Made by a program: the position numbers and the translations under genes. Source: an uncultured Solirubrobacteraceae bacterium (GTDB lineage: Bacteria; Actinomycetota; Thermoleophilia; Solirubrobacterales; Solirubrobacteraceae). From it: a stretch of DNA of 64,000 bases. The notes under the pieces are model-generated. The model saw nothing but the letters and a program-made list of their open reading frames with translations, had not been told where the DNA came from and searched no databases. The first letter of the stretch is position 1. Every line of letters begins with the position of its first letter. The stretch is taken from contig CAZPQW010000019.1 in NCBI GenBank assembly GCA_964588985.1, positions 4,632 through 68,631 on the forward strand. The letters run 5' to 3'. Shown piece after piece: positions 1 through 10,880 of the stretch.

Positions 1-1
1 G

Positions 2-1363
2 GTGCTCAACCCCGCCACCGGGGAGGAGATGGCGCGGGCGCCGATCTCGAGCGTCGAGGACGTCGACCGTGCTGTGAAGGCCGCACGCAGGGCGTTCGAC
101 GGCTGGTCCACCACCACGCCCGCGGTGCGCGCGCAGGCGCTGCTCGCGCTGGCGAGCCTGATCGAAGAGCACGGCGGGGAGATCGCGCGCCTCGAGGCGC
201 TCAACGCGGGCAAGCCGATCGACGCGGTCACGAACGACGAGATCCCCGTGATGGCCGACAACCTGCGCTTCTTCGCGGGCGCCGCGCGCTGTCTGGAGGG
301 CAGGGCGGCGGGCGAGTACATGGACGGCTACACGTCGTTCACCCGCCGCGAAGCGGTCGGCGTAATCGGACAGGTGACCCCGTGGAACTACCCGCTGATG
401 ATGGCGATTTGGAAATTCGGCCCGGCGATCGCGGCGGGCAACACGGTCGTGTTGAAGCCCGCGGAGACGACGCCGGTCACGACCGTGAAGCTCGCCGAAC
501 TGGCCGCGGAGATCCTGCCCAAGGGAGTGCTGAACATCGTCTGCGGCCCCGGCCGTCCGACGGGTGAGGCGCTGATCACGCACCCCGACGTGGACATGAT
601 CGCGCTGACCGGCTCGGTCGACACCGGCAAGCACTTCGCGCGCAGCGCCGCCGACACGCTCAAGCGCGTGCACCTGGAGCTCGGCGGCAAGGCGCCGGTG
701 GTGGTGTTCGACGACGTGAGCCTCGAGAGCGCGATGGAGACGATCGCCGGAACCGGCTACTACAACGCCGGCCAGGACTGCACCGCCGCGACGCGCGTGC
801 TCGCCTCGGCGGACGTGTACGACGACGTCGTCTCCGGCCTGGCGGCGCAGGCGCAGGGTCTCGTGATCGGCGACACGCTTTCGTCCGAGACGACGCTCGG
901 CCCGGTCAACTCGGCCAAACAGCGCGAGCGCGTGACCGGCTTTCTCGAGCGGCGCCCCGGACACGCCGAGATCGTCACCGGCGGCGGCGCCGCCGACCGT
1001 CCCGGCTTCTTCGTCGAGCCGACCGTCGTCGCCGGCCTGCGCCAGGACGATGAGATGATCCAGAACGAGATCTTCGGCCCGGTCATCACCGTCCAGCGCT
1101 TCTCCGACGAGGCCGAGGCGATCGCGTGGGCGAACGCCACCCGCTACGGCCTGGCCTCCTCGGTGTGGACCCGCGACGTGGGCCGCGCGCTGCGCGTATC
1201 GCGTGCTCTGCGCTTCGGCTGCGTGTGGATCAACGACCACATCCCGCTCGTCTCCGAGATGCCCCACGGCGGCTTCAAGGAGTCCGGCTACGGCAAGGAC
1301 CTCAGCATGTACGGGGTCGAGGACTACACCGTCGTCAAGCACGTGATGGCTTCGCTGGAGTAG
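2..1363 (+). CDS. NAD(P)-dependent aldehyde dehydrogenase (5' end outside window)
   Basis: ORF runs to the window edge. ALDH hallmarks are present: ELGGKAP, catalytic-Cys context GQDCTAATR, and [11 protein letters not shown] near the C-terminus. Confidence 0.9.
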   Translation: MLNPATGEEMARAPISSVEDVDRAVKAARRAFDGWSTTTPAVRAQALLALASLIEEHGGEIARLEALNAGKPIDAVTNDEIPVMADNLRFFAGAARCLEGRAAGEYMDGYTSFTRREAVGVIGQVTPWNYPLMMAIWKFGPAIAAGNTVVLKPAETTPVTTVKLAELAAEILPKGVLNIVCGPGRPTGEALITHPDVDMIALTGSVDTGKHFARSAADTLKRVHLELGGKAPVVVFDDVSLESAMETIAGTGYYNAGQDCTAATRVLASADVYDDVVSGLAAQAQGLVIGDTLSSETTLGPVNSAKQRERVTGFLERRPGHAEIVTGGGAADRPGFFVEPTVVAGLRQDDEMIQNEIFGPVITVQRFSDEAEAIAWANATRYGLASSVWTRDVGRALRVSRALRFGCVWINDHIPLVSEMPHGGFKESGYGKDLSMYGVEDYTVVKHVMASLE

Positions 1364-1541
1364 GCGGGTTCGCAGGCCCGCTTGCGGGAGGCGAGACAGA
1401 AGGCTGCTACGGTCAACCTACGGACGACGACGTCGTTCGCGAGGTTCTTTGTCTTTGTTGGCGCTCAGGGCGCGGATGGGGTCAGTCGAATCTCCATCTG
1501 CAGCGGTGGCCATCGACGGCCGCCAGAAGGAGCACCACAAC

Positions 1542-2822
<1,281 letters not shown>

Positions 2823-2871
2823 GTCCAGTGACTCTTCGTTCTGTACGGTGCGTCAGCTAACGTCGCAGGTG

Positions 2872-3726
2872 ATGAGCACGCCGAACTTGCCCGGTCAGGA
2901 CGCCGAGCCCGGCGCCAATGGCGACTCAGCTGAGGCCGTGTCTGAGGCTGACCTCCTCACGCACTACGACATCCTGCGCCTGCGTGCCCCCAACCCGGGG
3001 CTGCTCACCCTTTCGGGGACCAACACCTGGGTCGTCGGGCGCAAGCCGGCATGGGTGGTCGACCCGGGGCCGTTGCTGGACGCGCACCTCGAGCGGCTGT
3101 GCGCGGCGATCGACGGCCGCGGGGGTCTCGGCGGGATCGTGCTGACGCACGATCACCACGACCACTCCGAGGCTGTGAGGCCGCTGCTGGAACGCTACCC
3201 CGCGCCGCTCGCGGCGGGTCGCGGCTCGGTCGACGTGCAGCTCGGCGAGGGCGTGCGGATCGGTCCGTTCGAGGCCGTCGCCACACCGGGGCACTCGGCC
3301 GATCACTTCGCGCTGGTGGCCGAGGGCGCGTGCTTCACCGGCGATGCGGTGCTCGGCGACGGGAGCGTGTTCATCAGCCCGTACCGCGGCTCGATGTCGG
3401 GCTACCTGCTGGCGCTCACGCGCCTGCGGCTGCGCGAGGACTTCAACGTCCTGTGTCCAGGACACGGTCCGCCGGTGTGGGACGCGCACACGAAGCTCGA
3501 GGAATACATCGCCCATCGAATCGACCGCGAAAACCACCTGATCGTGGCGCTCGGCGAAGGCAAGCGAACGGTCAAGGAGCTGCTCGACACGGTGTGGCAC
3601 GACGTGGCCGAGCCGCTGCGCGACATGGCCACGGCGACGCTCGCCGCTCACCTGGACAAGCTCGAGGACGAGCAGATCCTGCCGACGGGCGTTGAGCGCC
3701 CAAGGTTCGAGCGGACCGAGTGGTGA
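2872..3726 (+). CDS. MBL-fold metallo-hydrolase
   Basis: THDHHDHSE (HxHxDH) and a later PGHS motif. Start moved to ATG 2872, after the helicase stop. Confidence 0.8.
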   Translation: MSTPNLPGQDAEPGANGDSAEAVSEADLLTHYDILRLRAPNPGLLTLSGTNTWVVGRKPAWVVDPGPLLDAHLERLCAAIDGRGGLGGIVLTHDHHDHSEAVRPLLERYPAPLAAGRGSVDVQLGEGVRIGPFEAVATPGHSADHFALVAEGACFTGDAVLGDGSVFISPYRGSMSGYLLALTRLRLREDFNVLCPGHGPPVWDAHTKLEEYIAHRIDRENHLIVALGEGKRTVKELLDTVWHDVAEPLRDMATATLAAHLDKLEDEQILPTGVERPRFERTEW

Positions 3727-5657
3727 AAGTGCCGCAGGCGCCGTCCCTCACAGCGATGTGGGGCGATGGCTCGGTGGCGGCGCCGGCCGGATCGCGCGCC
3801 ACCTCGCTGGCCTCACCGTTTCCTCCGATCGCCGACTACGGCTTCCTGTCGGACTGCCACACCGGGGCGCTCGTCGCCTCGGACGGCTCGATCGAGTGGA
3901 TGTGCCTGCCGCATTTCGACTCCCCGTCGGTGTTCGGCGCGATGCTCGACCGCGGCGCGGGCAGCTGGCGCGTGGGGCCGTATGGCATCTACGTCCCGGC
4001 CGGCCGGCGTTACATCCCCGGCACGAACCTGATCGAGACGACGTGGATGACGCCGCAGGGCTGGATCCGGGTGGTCGACGGGCTGACGATCGGGCCGTGG
4101 CACGACAACAAGCACGGCTCCAGCCACACGCGCCCGCCGACCGACTACGACGCGGACCACCTGCTGGTGCGGATGATCGAGTGCATCCAGGGACAGGTGC
4201 AGGTGGAGATCGTGTGCGAGCCGATGCTCGACTTCGGCGCGACGCCCGCCGCGTGGAGCGTGGTGCAGACCGGCGAGGAGGGCGTGTGCATGATGGACGC
4301 CACCAACGACGTGACCGCCTTCCGGCTGTTCAGCGACGTGCGCATGGGGATCGAGGGCAACCGCGCGCACGGCCGGCACACGATGAAAGAAGGCGAGAAG
4401 CGCTTCTGTGCGATCTCCTGGACGGAGGAGCACGGCGGGCCGCACACGGTCGAACAGGCCGAAGGCCACATCGAGCGCACGAGTCACTTCTGGCGCACGT
4501 GGCTGGCCGAAGGCGAATACCCGGACCACCCGTGGCGCTTTCACCTGCAGCGCTCCGCGCTGGTGCTCAAGGGCCTCACGTTCATGCCCACGGGCGCGCT
4601 CGTGGCCGCGCCGACGACATCGCTGCCGGAGACGCCGCGCGGCGAACGCAACTGGGACTACCGCTACTGCTGGATGCGCGACGCGTCCTTCACGCTGTGG
4701 GCGCTGCACGCCCTCGGCCTGAACTGGGAGGCGGACGACTTCATCCAGTACGTGGCCGACATGGAGCGCAACGAGGATGGCTCGCTGCAGATCATGTACG
4801 GGATCAAGGGCCAGAAAGACCTCACCGAGTCGACACTCGACCACCTCAAGGGCTACGAGGGCGCGCGCCCTGTGCGGATTGGCAACGGTGCGTTCAACCA
4901 GCGCCAGAACGACGTGTTCGGCATGGTCCTGGACTCTGTTTACCTGCACTCGAAGAAGCGCGACCACATCCCCGAGCGCCTGTGGCCGGTGCTGATCGAC
5001 CAGGTGCATGCCGCGGCGAGGGTGTGGAAGGAACCCGACCAGGGGATCTGGGAGGCGCGCGGCGAGCCCCGCCACTACGTCTCCTCGAAGCTGATGTGCT
5101 GGGTGGCGTTGGACCGCGGCGCGCGTCTGGCCGAACGGCGTGGAGAGGCCGAGCAGGCCGAGGAATGCCAGGCTATCGCGGACGAGATCCGCGAGGACAT
5201 CCTCACTCGCGGCGTCGACAAGCGCGGCGTGTTCCGCCAGCACTACGACACCGACGAGCTCGACGCGTCCAGCCTGCTCGTGCCGCTGATGCGCTTCCTG
5301 CCGCCGGAGGACGAGCGCGTGCGTGCGACCGTGATGGCGATCCGCGAGGAGCTTACGGAGGGCGGCCTCGTGCTTCGCTACCGCACCGACGCCACCGACG
5401 ACGGTCTCCACGGCGAGGAGGGCACGTTCCTTATCTGCTCCTTCTGGCTCGTCTCCGCGCTATCGGAGATCGGCGAGCACCGCGAGGCCGAGCACCTGTG
5501 CGAGCGGCTCTTGTCCTACTCCTCGCCGCTCGAGCTGTATGCCGAGGAGCTGGAGGCTTCTTCGGGTCGCCACCTCGGCAACTACCCGCAGGCGTTCACG
5601 CATTTGGCGCTGATCAATGCGGTGACGCATGTGATCGCGGCTCAGCAGCAAGTCTGA
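3720..5657 (+). CDS. Glycoside hydrolase family 15 (glucoamylase/trehalase-like)
   Basis: N-terminal IADYGFLSDCHTGALV..DGSIEWMCLPHFDSPSVF and an (alpha/alpha)6-type C-terminal region. GTG 3720 overlaps the upstream stop. Confidence 0.85.
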   Translation: MVKVPQAPSLTAMWGDGSVAAPAGSRATSLASPFPPIADYGFLSDCHTGALVASDGSIEWMCLPHFDSPSVFGAMLDRGAGSWRVGPYGIYVPAGRRYIPGTNLIETTWMTPQGWIRVVDGLTIGPWHDNKHGSSHTRPPTDYDADHLLVRMIECIQGQVQVEIVCEPMLDFGATPAAWSVVQTGEEGVCMMDATNDVTAFRLFSDVRMGIEGNRAHGRHTMKEGEKRFCAISWTEEHGGPHTVEQAEGHIERTSHFWRTWLAEGEYPDHPWRFHLQRSALVLKGLTFMPTGALVAAPTTSLPETPRGERNWDYRYCWMRDASFTLWALHALGLNWEADDFIQYVADMERNEDGSLQIMYGIKGQKDLTESTLDHLKGYEGARPVRIGNGAFNQRQNDVFGMVLDSVYLHSKKRDHIPERLWPVLIDQVHAAARVWKEPDQGIWEARGEPRHYVSSKLMCWVALDRGARLAERRGEAEQAEECQAIADEIREDILTRGVDKRGVFRQHYDTDELDASSLLVPLMRFLPPEDERVRATVMAIREELTEGGLVLRYRTDATDDGLHGEEGTFLICSFWLVSALSEIGEHREAEHLCERLLSYSSPLELYAEELEASSGRHLGNYPQAFTHLALINAVTHVIAAQQQV

Positions 5658-5695
5658 GATCCGCTGCTACTGCCCCTCAACCAGGAGGAGGTCCG

Positions 5696-6181
5696 ATGAC
5701 AGATCGACTGCTTGAGCTCGATCGCCTGCTCAGCGACATGAGCGACGACGAGGTCGCTAGGGCCTGGGCGCGTTGCATGCGGATGCTGCGCTCGCGCGAC
5801 CTAGTGCGGACCGCGAACACACCCGTTGGCGATTACGCCGAGCGGATCTGCTGTGAGCGTTTCGGGCTTCAGAGGAAGGGGTTCTCCGCGAAGTCCGTCG
5901 ACGCGATCGATGCAGATGGGGTTCGGTACCAGATCAAGGGAAGAAGGCTCACACCAGAGAACCCCAGCCGACAGCTCGGCGCGATCCGCGACATAGATCA
6001 GCATCCGTTCGACGTGCTGTACGCAGTTTTCTTCAATGAAGATCTCGAACTCCAGGAGATATGGCAGATTCCCTATGAGGTCGTCAAGGAGGCCTCATTC
6101 GTAGCACGGACCAATTCGACTCGATTCGTCCTGACCAAGAAGATGATGACCGGGGATTCGCGCATTATCCGGCGCGTTTGA
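5696..6181 (+). CDS. Hypothetical small protein with a PD-(D/E)xK-like motif
   Basis: ATG 5696 is preceded by aggaggagg. It is the only plausible coding part of the 829-aa ORF 3692..6181. Motif SVDAIDADGVRYQIKGRR (D...QxK). Locally lower GC. Confidence 0.6.
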   Translation: MTDRLLELDRLLSDMSDDEVARAWARCMRMLRSRDLVRTANTPVGDYAERICCERFGLQRKGFSAKSVDAIDADGVRYQIKGRRLTPENPSRQLGAIRDIDQHPFDVLYAVFFNEDLELQEIWQIPYEVVKEASFVARTNSTRFVLTKKMMTGDSRIIRRV

Positions 6182-6328
6182 GTCCGACCTCAGCTCAACG
6201 CAGCAAGCCGCCCAAAGCTGGAGACACCCCCTCCGGTGAGCGCAACTTAGGACGCCTGCGGTTGTCCTAGCTGAAGTCACGAACATTGGCCTCAGCGGTT
6301 GTTCTGGGGCGGGGGAGGAGTTGAGCAG

Positions 6329-7336
6329 ATGCGTTCCGAGCTACTCATGCTGCTGCGGTGTCCGTCTTGCGGTTCGACGAGCGGCATGGACCTCGACCCG
6401 CTCGTCGATGACGAGCGGGAGACTCGCACTGGCTTGCTGCGCTGCCGGTGCTGCCGACTCGAGCGCCCCGTGCGTGATGGGGTGGCCGATCTGATGCTGG
6501 ACCCGACTCCCGAGGTGAGCGCGGAGGCCGACGGGCTGGAGCGATTTGCCCTGGAGATGCGAGCGAACGGCTGGGATCGTGCGAGAGTCTTGGGGCTCCC
6601 ATACGAGCAGAATGGTTACTGGTTCGCGCAGGCTCGGGCAATGGAGCGCCTGCTCGAAACCGTCCCGTTCGCCGCTGGGCAGAGCATTCTCGACGTGGGC
6701 TCCAACACGTGCTGGGCCGCCGCCACGTTCGCACGCATCGGCCTGCGAGCTGTGGCATTGGACATCTCGATGGCTGAGATGCAGGGACTGCGCACAGCCG
6801 ACTGGTGGTTCGAGGACCGGAAGACCTACTTCGAGCGGGTGCTCGCGCAGATGTCCTCTCTGCCCTTCGCTGACAACAGCTTCGACTGGGTCTTCTGCTG
6901 TGAGGTGCTGCATCACAACGACGGTCGGCGGATGACCGATGCCCTACGCGAGATCCACCGTGTGCTGCGTCCCGGTGGCAGTCTGCTCGTGATCAACGAG
7001 CCGTTGCGCTGGCCCACCGATCTAAAGCGCGATCACGGTGTCGAGGTGGCGCAGTTCGACGGCAACGAGCACGTTTACTTCTTTGTGGAGTACGTGTGGA
7101 AAGCATGGCGGGCTGGCTTTCGCCGTATTCGCATGACCGAGCCGGCATACGACATCTTCTTCTCGCACGACCCGATTCACCTCACGCGCGAGGCGAGCAC
7201 GCTGGGCTCGTTCAAGCTCGCGGCAATCAATGTGGCTCGCCGACAGGCGCTCGTGCGTCGTCTGGGCATGTGGTGGCGCTACCTGATGGGGCCACAGGTA
7301 TCGCTGCAGATGGTCTGTACCAAGGAGACGATTTGA
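6329..7336 (+). CDS. Class I SAM-dependent methyltransferase with N-terminal Trm112-like zinc ribbon
   Basis: CPSCG...CRCC Cys pairs, then ILDVGSNTCWAAATFA (motif I) and VLRPGGSLLV. ATG 6329 follows gggggaggag. Confidence 0.8.
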   Translation: MRSELLMLLRCPSCGSTSGMDLDPLVDDERETRTGLLRCRCCRLERPVRDGVADLMLDPTPEVSAEADGLERFALEMRANGWDRARVLGLPYEQNGYWFAQARAMERLLETVPFAAGQSILDVGSNTCWAAATFARIGLRAVALDISMAEMQGLRTADWWFEDRKTYFERVLAQMSSLPFADNSFDWVFCCEVLHHNDGRRMTDALREIHRVLRPGGSLLVINEPLRWPTDLKRDHGVEVAQFDGNEHVYFFVEYVWKAWRAGFRRIRMTEPAYDIFFSHDPIHLTREASTLGSFKLAAINVARRQALVRRLGMWWRYLMGPQVSLQMVCTKETI

Positions 7337-7411
7337 GTGGAACGTCGAGGTAACGCAGCGCGATGAGTCGTTCTACCAGTTCGTCACGCCACGCGTAGAC
7401 TTGCTGACGAG

Positions 7412-7948
7412 ATGAGCGAGGCCACGAGCGAGCAGATTGGACAGCAGAGCGGTTCATCGTCGATGCAGTTGGTCGAACGGTTCTTGGACTTGCTGAGCGT
7501 CAAGGACATCGACGGTGCGACGCAGCTGCTGGCGCAGGACGTGGTGTATGAAAACGTCGGCTTGCCGACGGTGCGCGGGCGCGAGCGCGTTCGGCGGCTC
7601 GGCAAGGCCACACTCGGCTTGGCCGGCGCCGGATTCGAGGTCTACACGCACACGATCTCGGAGAGCGGTTCGACGGTGATGACCGAGCGCACTGATGTTC
7701 TGAAGTTTCGCCGGCTGCGCGTCCAGTTCTGGGTCTGTGGGCGTTTCGACGTTCGTGACGGACAGATCGTGTTGTGGCGTGACTACTTCGATCAGGCGAA
7801 CATCCTCGTTGCGACGCTACGTGGGCTGGTCGGTGTGATCGTGCCGGCGGCTCGCGCCAAGCCACCCGCCCAGGAGATCGCGCGGATGCGCGGGGCGGGC
7901 GACGTGGAGTTGACGACCGACGAGACCCTTTCGCTGACCAGACGGTGA
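7412..7948 (+). CDS. SnoaL/limonene-1,2-epoxide-hydrolase-like (NTF2 fold) protein
   Basis: The pattern VERFLDLL...DVVYENVGLP...WRDYFD is typical of the LEH/SnoaL family. Start (7412 or 7463) is uncertain. Confidence 0.65.
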   Translation: MSEATSEQIGQQSGSSSMQLVERFLDLLSVKDIDGATQLLAQDVVYENVGLPTVRGRERVRRLGKATLGLAGAGFEVYTHTISESGSTVMTERTDVLKFRRLRVQFWVCGRFDVRDGQIVLWRDYFDQANILVATLRGLVGVIVPAARAKPPAQEIARMRGAGDVELTTDETLSLTRR

Positions 7949-7971
7949 GCCCCTCACCGGGTCTTCGTGGA

Positions 7972-8607
7972 TCAGTACCCCGGCTCCCCCGGCAGCACGA
8001 TCCGCGCGACCTCGCCCTCCATCACGACCCGCGGCTGGATCGGGAGCACGTCGCGCCCGCAGGCATAGGCGAGCAGCTCCTCCACCGAGGCGAACTCGCC
8101 GAGCTGTTCGAGGTGCTTGATCGTGGGGAAGACCAGCACGATCTCCTTCGCCTCGTGAGCGGCGAGCGCGGCGGCGGGCGTGAACCAGCCGAGGTCGACG
8201 CACTCCTCGCCGTCGATCCGCGGCTCCTGCCCCTCGGGGAGCTCTGCGAGGAAGAAGTGCGTGTCGAAGCGGATCTGCACCTCAGCGGGCGTGATCCAGC
8301 GCGAGAACTTCACGAGCACGTCGGGACCCTCGAGCACGATCGCGGCCTCCTCGCTCAGCTCGCGCACCGCGGCCGCGCGGTGCGCCTCGTCGCCGGCGCC
8401 CTCCTCGGCGTCCACCGCGCCGCCGGGAAAGACCCACACGCCGCCCATGAAGCGAGCCTCGGGAGTGCGCCTCACGAGCAGAACCTCGAGCGTCTCCGAG
8501 CCTCCCCGCATCAGGATCACGGTCGCCGCCTGGCGGGCGTGCACGGGCTTGCCGGGGTTGTACGCCTGCCCGGGCTCCGGTAGCTCGCTCCCCTCGCGTG
8601 CGCGCAT
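7972..8607 (-). CDS. NUDIX hydrolase
   Basis: Nudix box GGAVDAEEGAGDEAHRAAAVRELSEEAAI. Confidence 0.85.
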   Translation of the reverse strand: MRAREGSELPEPGQAYNPGKPVHARQAATVILMRGGSETLEVLLVRRTPEARFMGGVWVFPGGAVDAEEGAGDEAHRAAAVRELSEEAAIVLEGPDVLVKFSRWITPAEVQIRFDTHFFLAELPEGQEPRIDGEECVDLGWFTPAAALAAHEAKEIVLVFPTIKHLEQLGEFASVEELLAYACGRDVLPIQPRVVMEGEVARIVLPGEPGY

Positions 8608-8637
8608 CGGCTGACCCTACCTTGTCGGTAATCTTCG

Positions 8638-8853
8638 ATGCATGAGCAACCCGACCCAGACCCCACGCGCATGAGCGCCACCGAGACCCTCCAGCGCTGG
8701 ATCTGCGAGTCCTGCGGCTACATCTACGACCCCGAGGAGGGCGACCCGGACGGGGGCATCCCCGCGGGAACGCCGTTCCAGGAGATCCCCGACACGTGGT
8801 TCTGCCCCGTTTGCGGCGCGCGTAAGCGGGACTTCACCGTCTACGAGGACTAG
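8638..8853 (+). CDS. Rubredoxin
   Basis: [17 protein letters not shown]...[13 protein letters not shown] (two CxxC knuckles). Start 8638 or ATG 8671. Confidence 0.85.
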   Translation: MHEQPDPDPTRMSATETLQRWICESCGYIYDPEEGDPDGGIPAGTPFQEIPDTWFCPVCGARKRDFTVYED

Positions 8854-8901
8854 GACGGTCTGACGGACTGGGGCGAACTGCTCGCGCTCGACTCCGAGCG
8901 C

Positions 8902-10149
8902 GTGTGGCACCCATACGGCGCGCTGCCCGCGGCGATGCCGTCGCTGCCGGTGGTGTTCGCAGAGGGCGTGCGTTTGACGCTCGCGGACGGTCGCGAGCTG
9001 ATCGACGGGATGGCGTCGTGGTGGTGCGCGATCCACGGCTACCGCAACCCCGCGCTCGACGCCGCGGTCACCGGTCAGCTGGGACGTATGGCGCACGTGA
9101 TGTTCGGCGGCCTCACGCACGAGCCCGCGATCCGGCTCGCACAACGGCTGACGGAGATCGCGCCCGCGGGGTTGGAGCGCGTGTTCCTCGCCGACTCGGG
9201 GTCGGTGTCGGTGGAGGTCGCGATCAAGATGTGCATCCAGTACCAGCGCGCGCTCGGCCACAGCGGGCGCACACGTCTGCTGACGGTCAGAGGCGGCTAC
9301 CACGGCGACACCGCCGGCGCGATGGCCGTGTGCGACCCGGTTGGAGGGATGCACAGCCTGTTCGCGGGCGTGCTGCCCGAGCACGTCTTCGCGGAGCGCC
9401 CACCCGACGGGTTCGACGCTCCCCTCGACGAGGCGTGGGCCGCCCAGGTGCGGGAGCTTGCGGAGCGCCACGCGCACGAGCTGGCCGCGGTGATCGTCGA
9501 GCCGGTCGTGCAGGGAGCGGGAGGGATGCGCTTCCACTCGCCCGCATGCGTCGCGTTCCTGCGGACGCTGTGCGACGAGCATGGCCTGCTGCTCGTGCTG
9601 GATGAGATCGCCACTGGCTTCGGGCGCACCGGTGCGATGTTCGCCTCCGAGCACGCCGGCGTGAGCCCGGACGTGATGTGTGTCGGCAAGGCGCTCACCG
9701 GCGGCTACATGACGCTCGCGGCGACGCTGTGCACGCCGGCGGTCGCCGAGGCGGTCTCATCGGGCGAGGGCGGCGGGCTGATGCACGGCCCCACGTTCAT
9801 GGCCAATCCGCTCGCGTGCTCGGTCGCGCTGGCGTCGCTCGAGCTGCTCGCCGACGGCGGATGGCGGGCGCAGGTCGGCGTGATCGAGCAGGGGCTGCGA
9901 CAGGGCTTGGAGCCGGCGCGCGCGCTGCCTGACGTGAAGGATGTTCGTGTGCTCGGCGCGATCGGCGTGGTGCAGCTGAACCACGATGTAGATGTCGCTC
10001 GGGCGACCGCTGCGGCGGTCGCGCATGGCGTGTGGCTACGCCCGTTCCGCGACCTCATCTACACGATGCCGCCGTATGTCATCAACGAGGAGGATCTGGC
10101 TCGAGTGAGCGGCGCGATTCTCGATGCGGCGAGGGCCGGCGGGGACTGA
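8902..10149 (+). CDS. bioA: Adenosylmethionine-8-amino-7-oxononanoate aminotransferase
   Basis: [34 protein letters not shown] (PLP Lys). Homology-like sequence continues upstream of GTG 8902 to codon 8854/8860 (see finding). Confidence 0.9.
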   Translation: MWHPYGALPAAMPSLPVVFAEGVRLTLADGRELIDGMASWWCAIHGYRNPALDAAVTGQLGRMAHVMFGGLTHEPAIRLAQRLTEIAPAGLERVFLADSGSVSVEVAIKMCIQYQRALGHSGRTRLLTVRGGYHGDTAGAMAVCDPVGGMHSLFAGVLPEHVFAERPPDGFDAPLDEAWAAQVRELAERHAHELAAVIVEPVVQGAGGMRFHSPACVAFLRTLCDEHGLLLVLDEIATGFGRTGAMFASEHAGVSPDVMCVGKALTGGYMTLAATLCTPAVAEAVSSGEGGGLMHGPTFMANPLACSVALASLELLADGGWRAQVGVIEQGLRQGLEPARALPDVKDVRVLGAIGVVQLNHDVDVARATAAAVAHGVWLRPFRDLIYTMPPYVINEEDLARVSGAILDAARAGGD

Positions 10150-10154
10150 GAGCG

Positions 10155-10862
10155 CTACCGGAGCCAGCGACGCCAAGGCAGCGACTCCCCAGCGCCCGCG
10201 AGCTCGACTGCGACAGGCCTGGAGATAGGAGGAAGGATCTCGACCTCGACCTCGCCCACCCGCGCGATCGTCTCGCGGTTGGAGCGCTCGATCGCCGTCG
10301 GTTCCTCCGGCCATGGTGTGAGCACCACCGCGCACACCTGCAGGCCCGCGCTTCGCGCCACCTGAAGCGTGAGCAGAGTGTGGTTGATCGTGCCGAGCCC
10401 GGGTCTCGCGGCGATCACCACCGGCAGCCCGAGAGCGACCGCGAGATCGCACACGGTGTAGTCGTCCGCCAGCGGCACCAGCAGGCCGCCCACGCCCTCC
10501 ACGACGAGCGTCTCCTCCGCGGTGGGGCTGTCAGGGCGCGCGCCGCCTCGAGCGTGCGCCAGCAGCTCCGCCGGGTCGATTCGCGCCCCCGCGAGCTCCG
10601 CCGCCAGGTGGGGTGAGACGGCGGGTCCGAAGCGCAGCGGCGAGACGTCCTCGGGACGCATGCCGGCAGCCGACGCAAGCAACTCGTGGTCTGGCGGCCA
10701 CGTCTCCCCGGCGTTCGCATCGGGCGGCTCGTCGAGTCCCGTCACCACCGGCTTGAACGCCCGCACGCTCTCGCCGGCGGCGACCATCGCCGCGACGAGC
10801 GCCGCGCTCAGGACGCTCTTGCCGACGCCCGTGTCGGTTCCCGTGACGAACAGTCCGCGCAT
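10155..10862 (-). CDS. bioD: Dethiobiotin synthetase
   Basis: N-terminal LFVTGTDTGVGKSV P-loop; bio gene context. Confidence 0.9.
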   Translation of the reverse strand: MRGLFVTGTDTGVGKSVLSAALVAAMVAAGESVRAFKPVVTGLDEPPDANAGETWPPDHELLASAAGMRPEDVSPLRFGPAVSPHLAAELAGARIDPAELLAHARGGARPDSPTAEETLVVEGVGGLLVPLADDYTVCDLAVALGLPVVIAARPGLGTINHTLLTLQVARSAGLQVCAVVLTPWPEEPTAIERSNRETIARVGEVEVEILPPISRPVAVELAGAGESLPWRRWLR

Positions 10863-10880
10863 GAGCGCCGGAGTGGAGCT

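Noticed and set aside
3692-6181. 829-aa ORF on the plus strand
   Set aside because: It overlaps the well-supported GH15 gene in another frame and is Arg/Ala/Pro/Gly-rich, as is typical of off-frame ORFs in high-GC DNA. Only the last 161 codons (5696..6181) were kept as a gene.
6329-7336. Methyltransferase as the DNA-modification partner of the upstream PD-(D/E)xK-like protein (a cryptic Type II R-M)
   Set aside because: It has a class I small-molecule/RNA-type MTase layout with a Trm112-like ribbon and no (D/N/S)PP(Y/F) motif, so an R-M call is not supportable from sequence alone.
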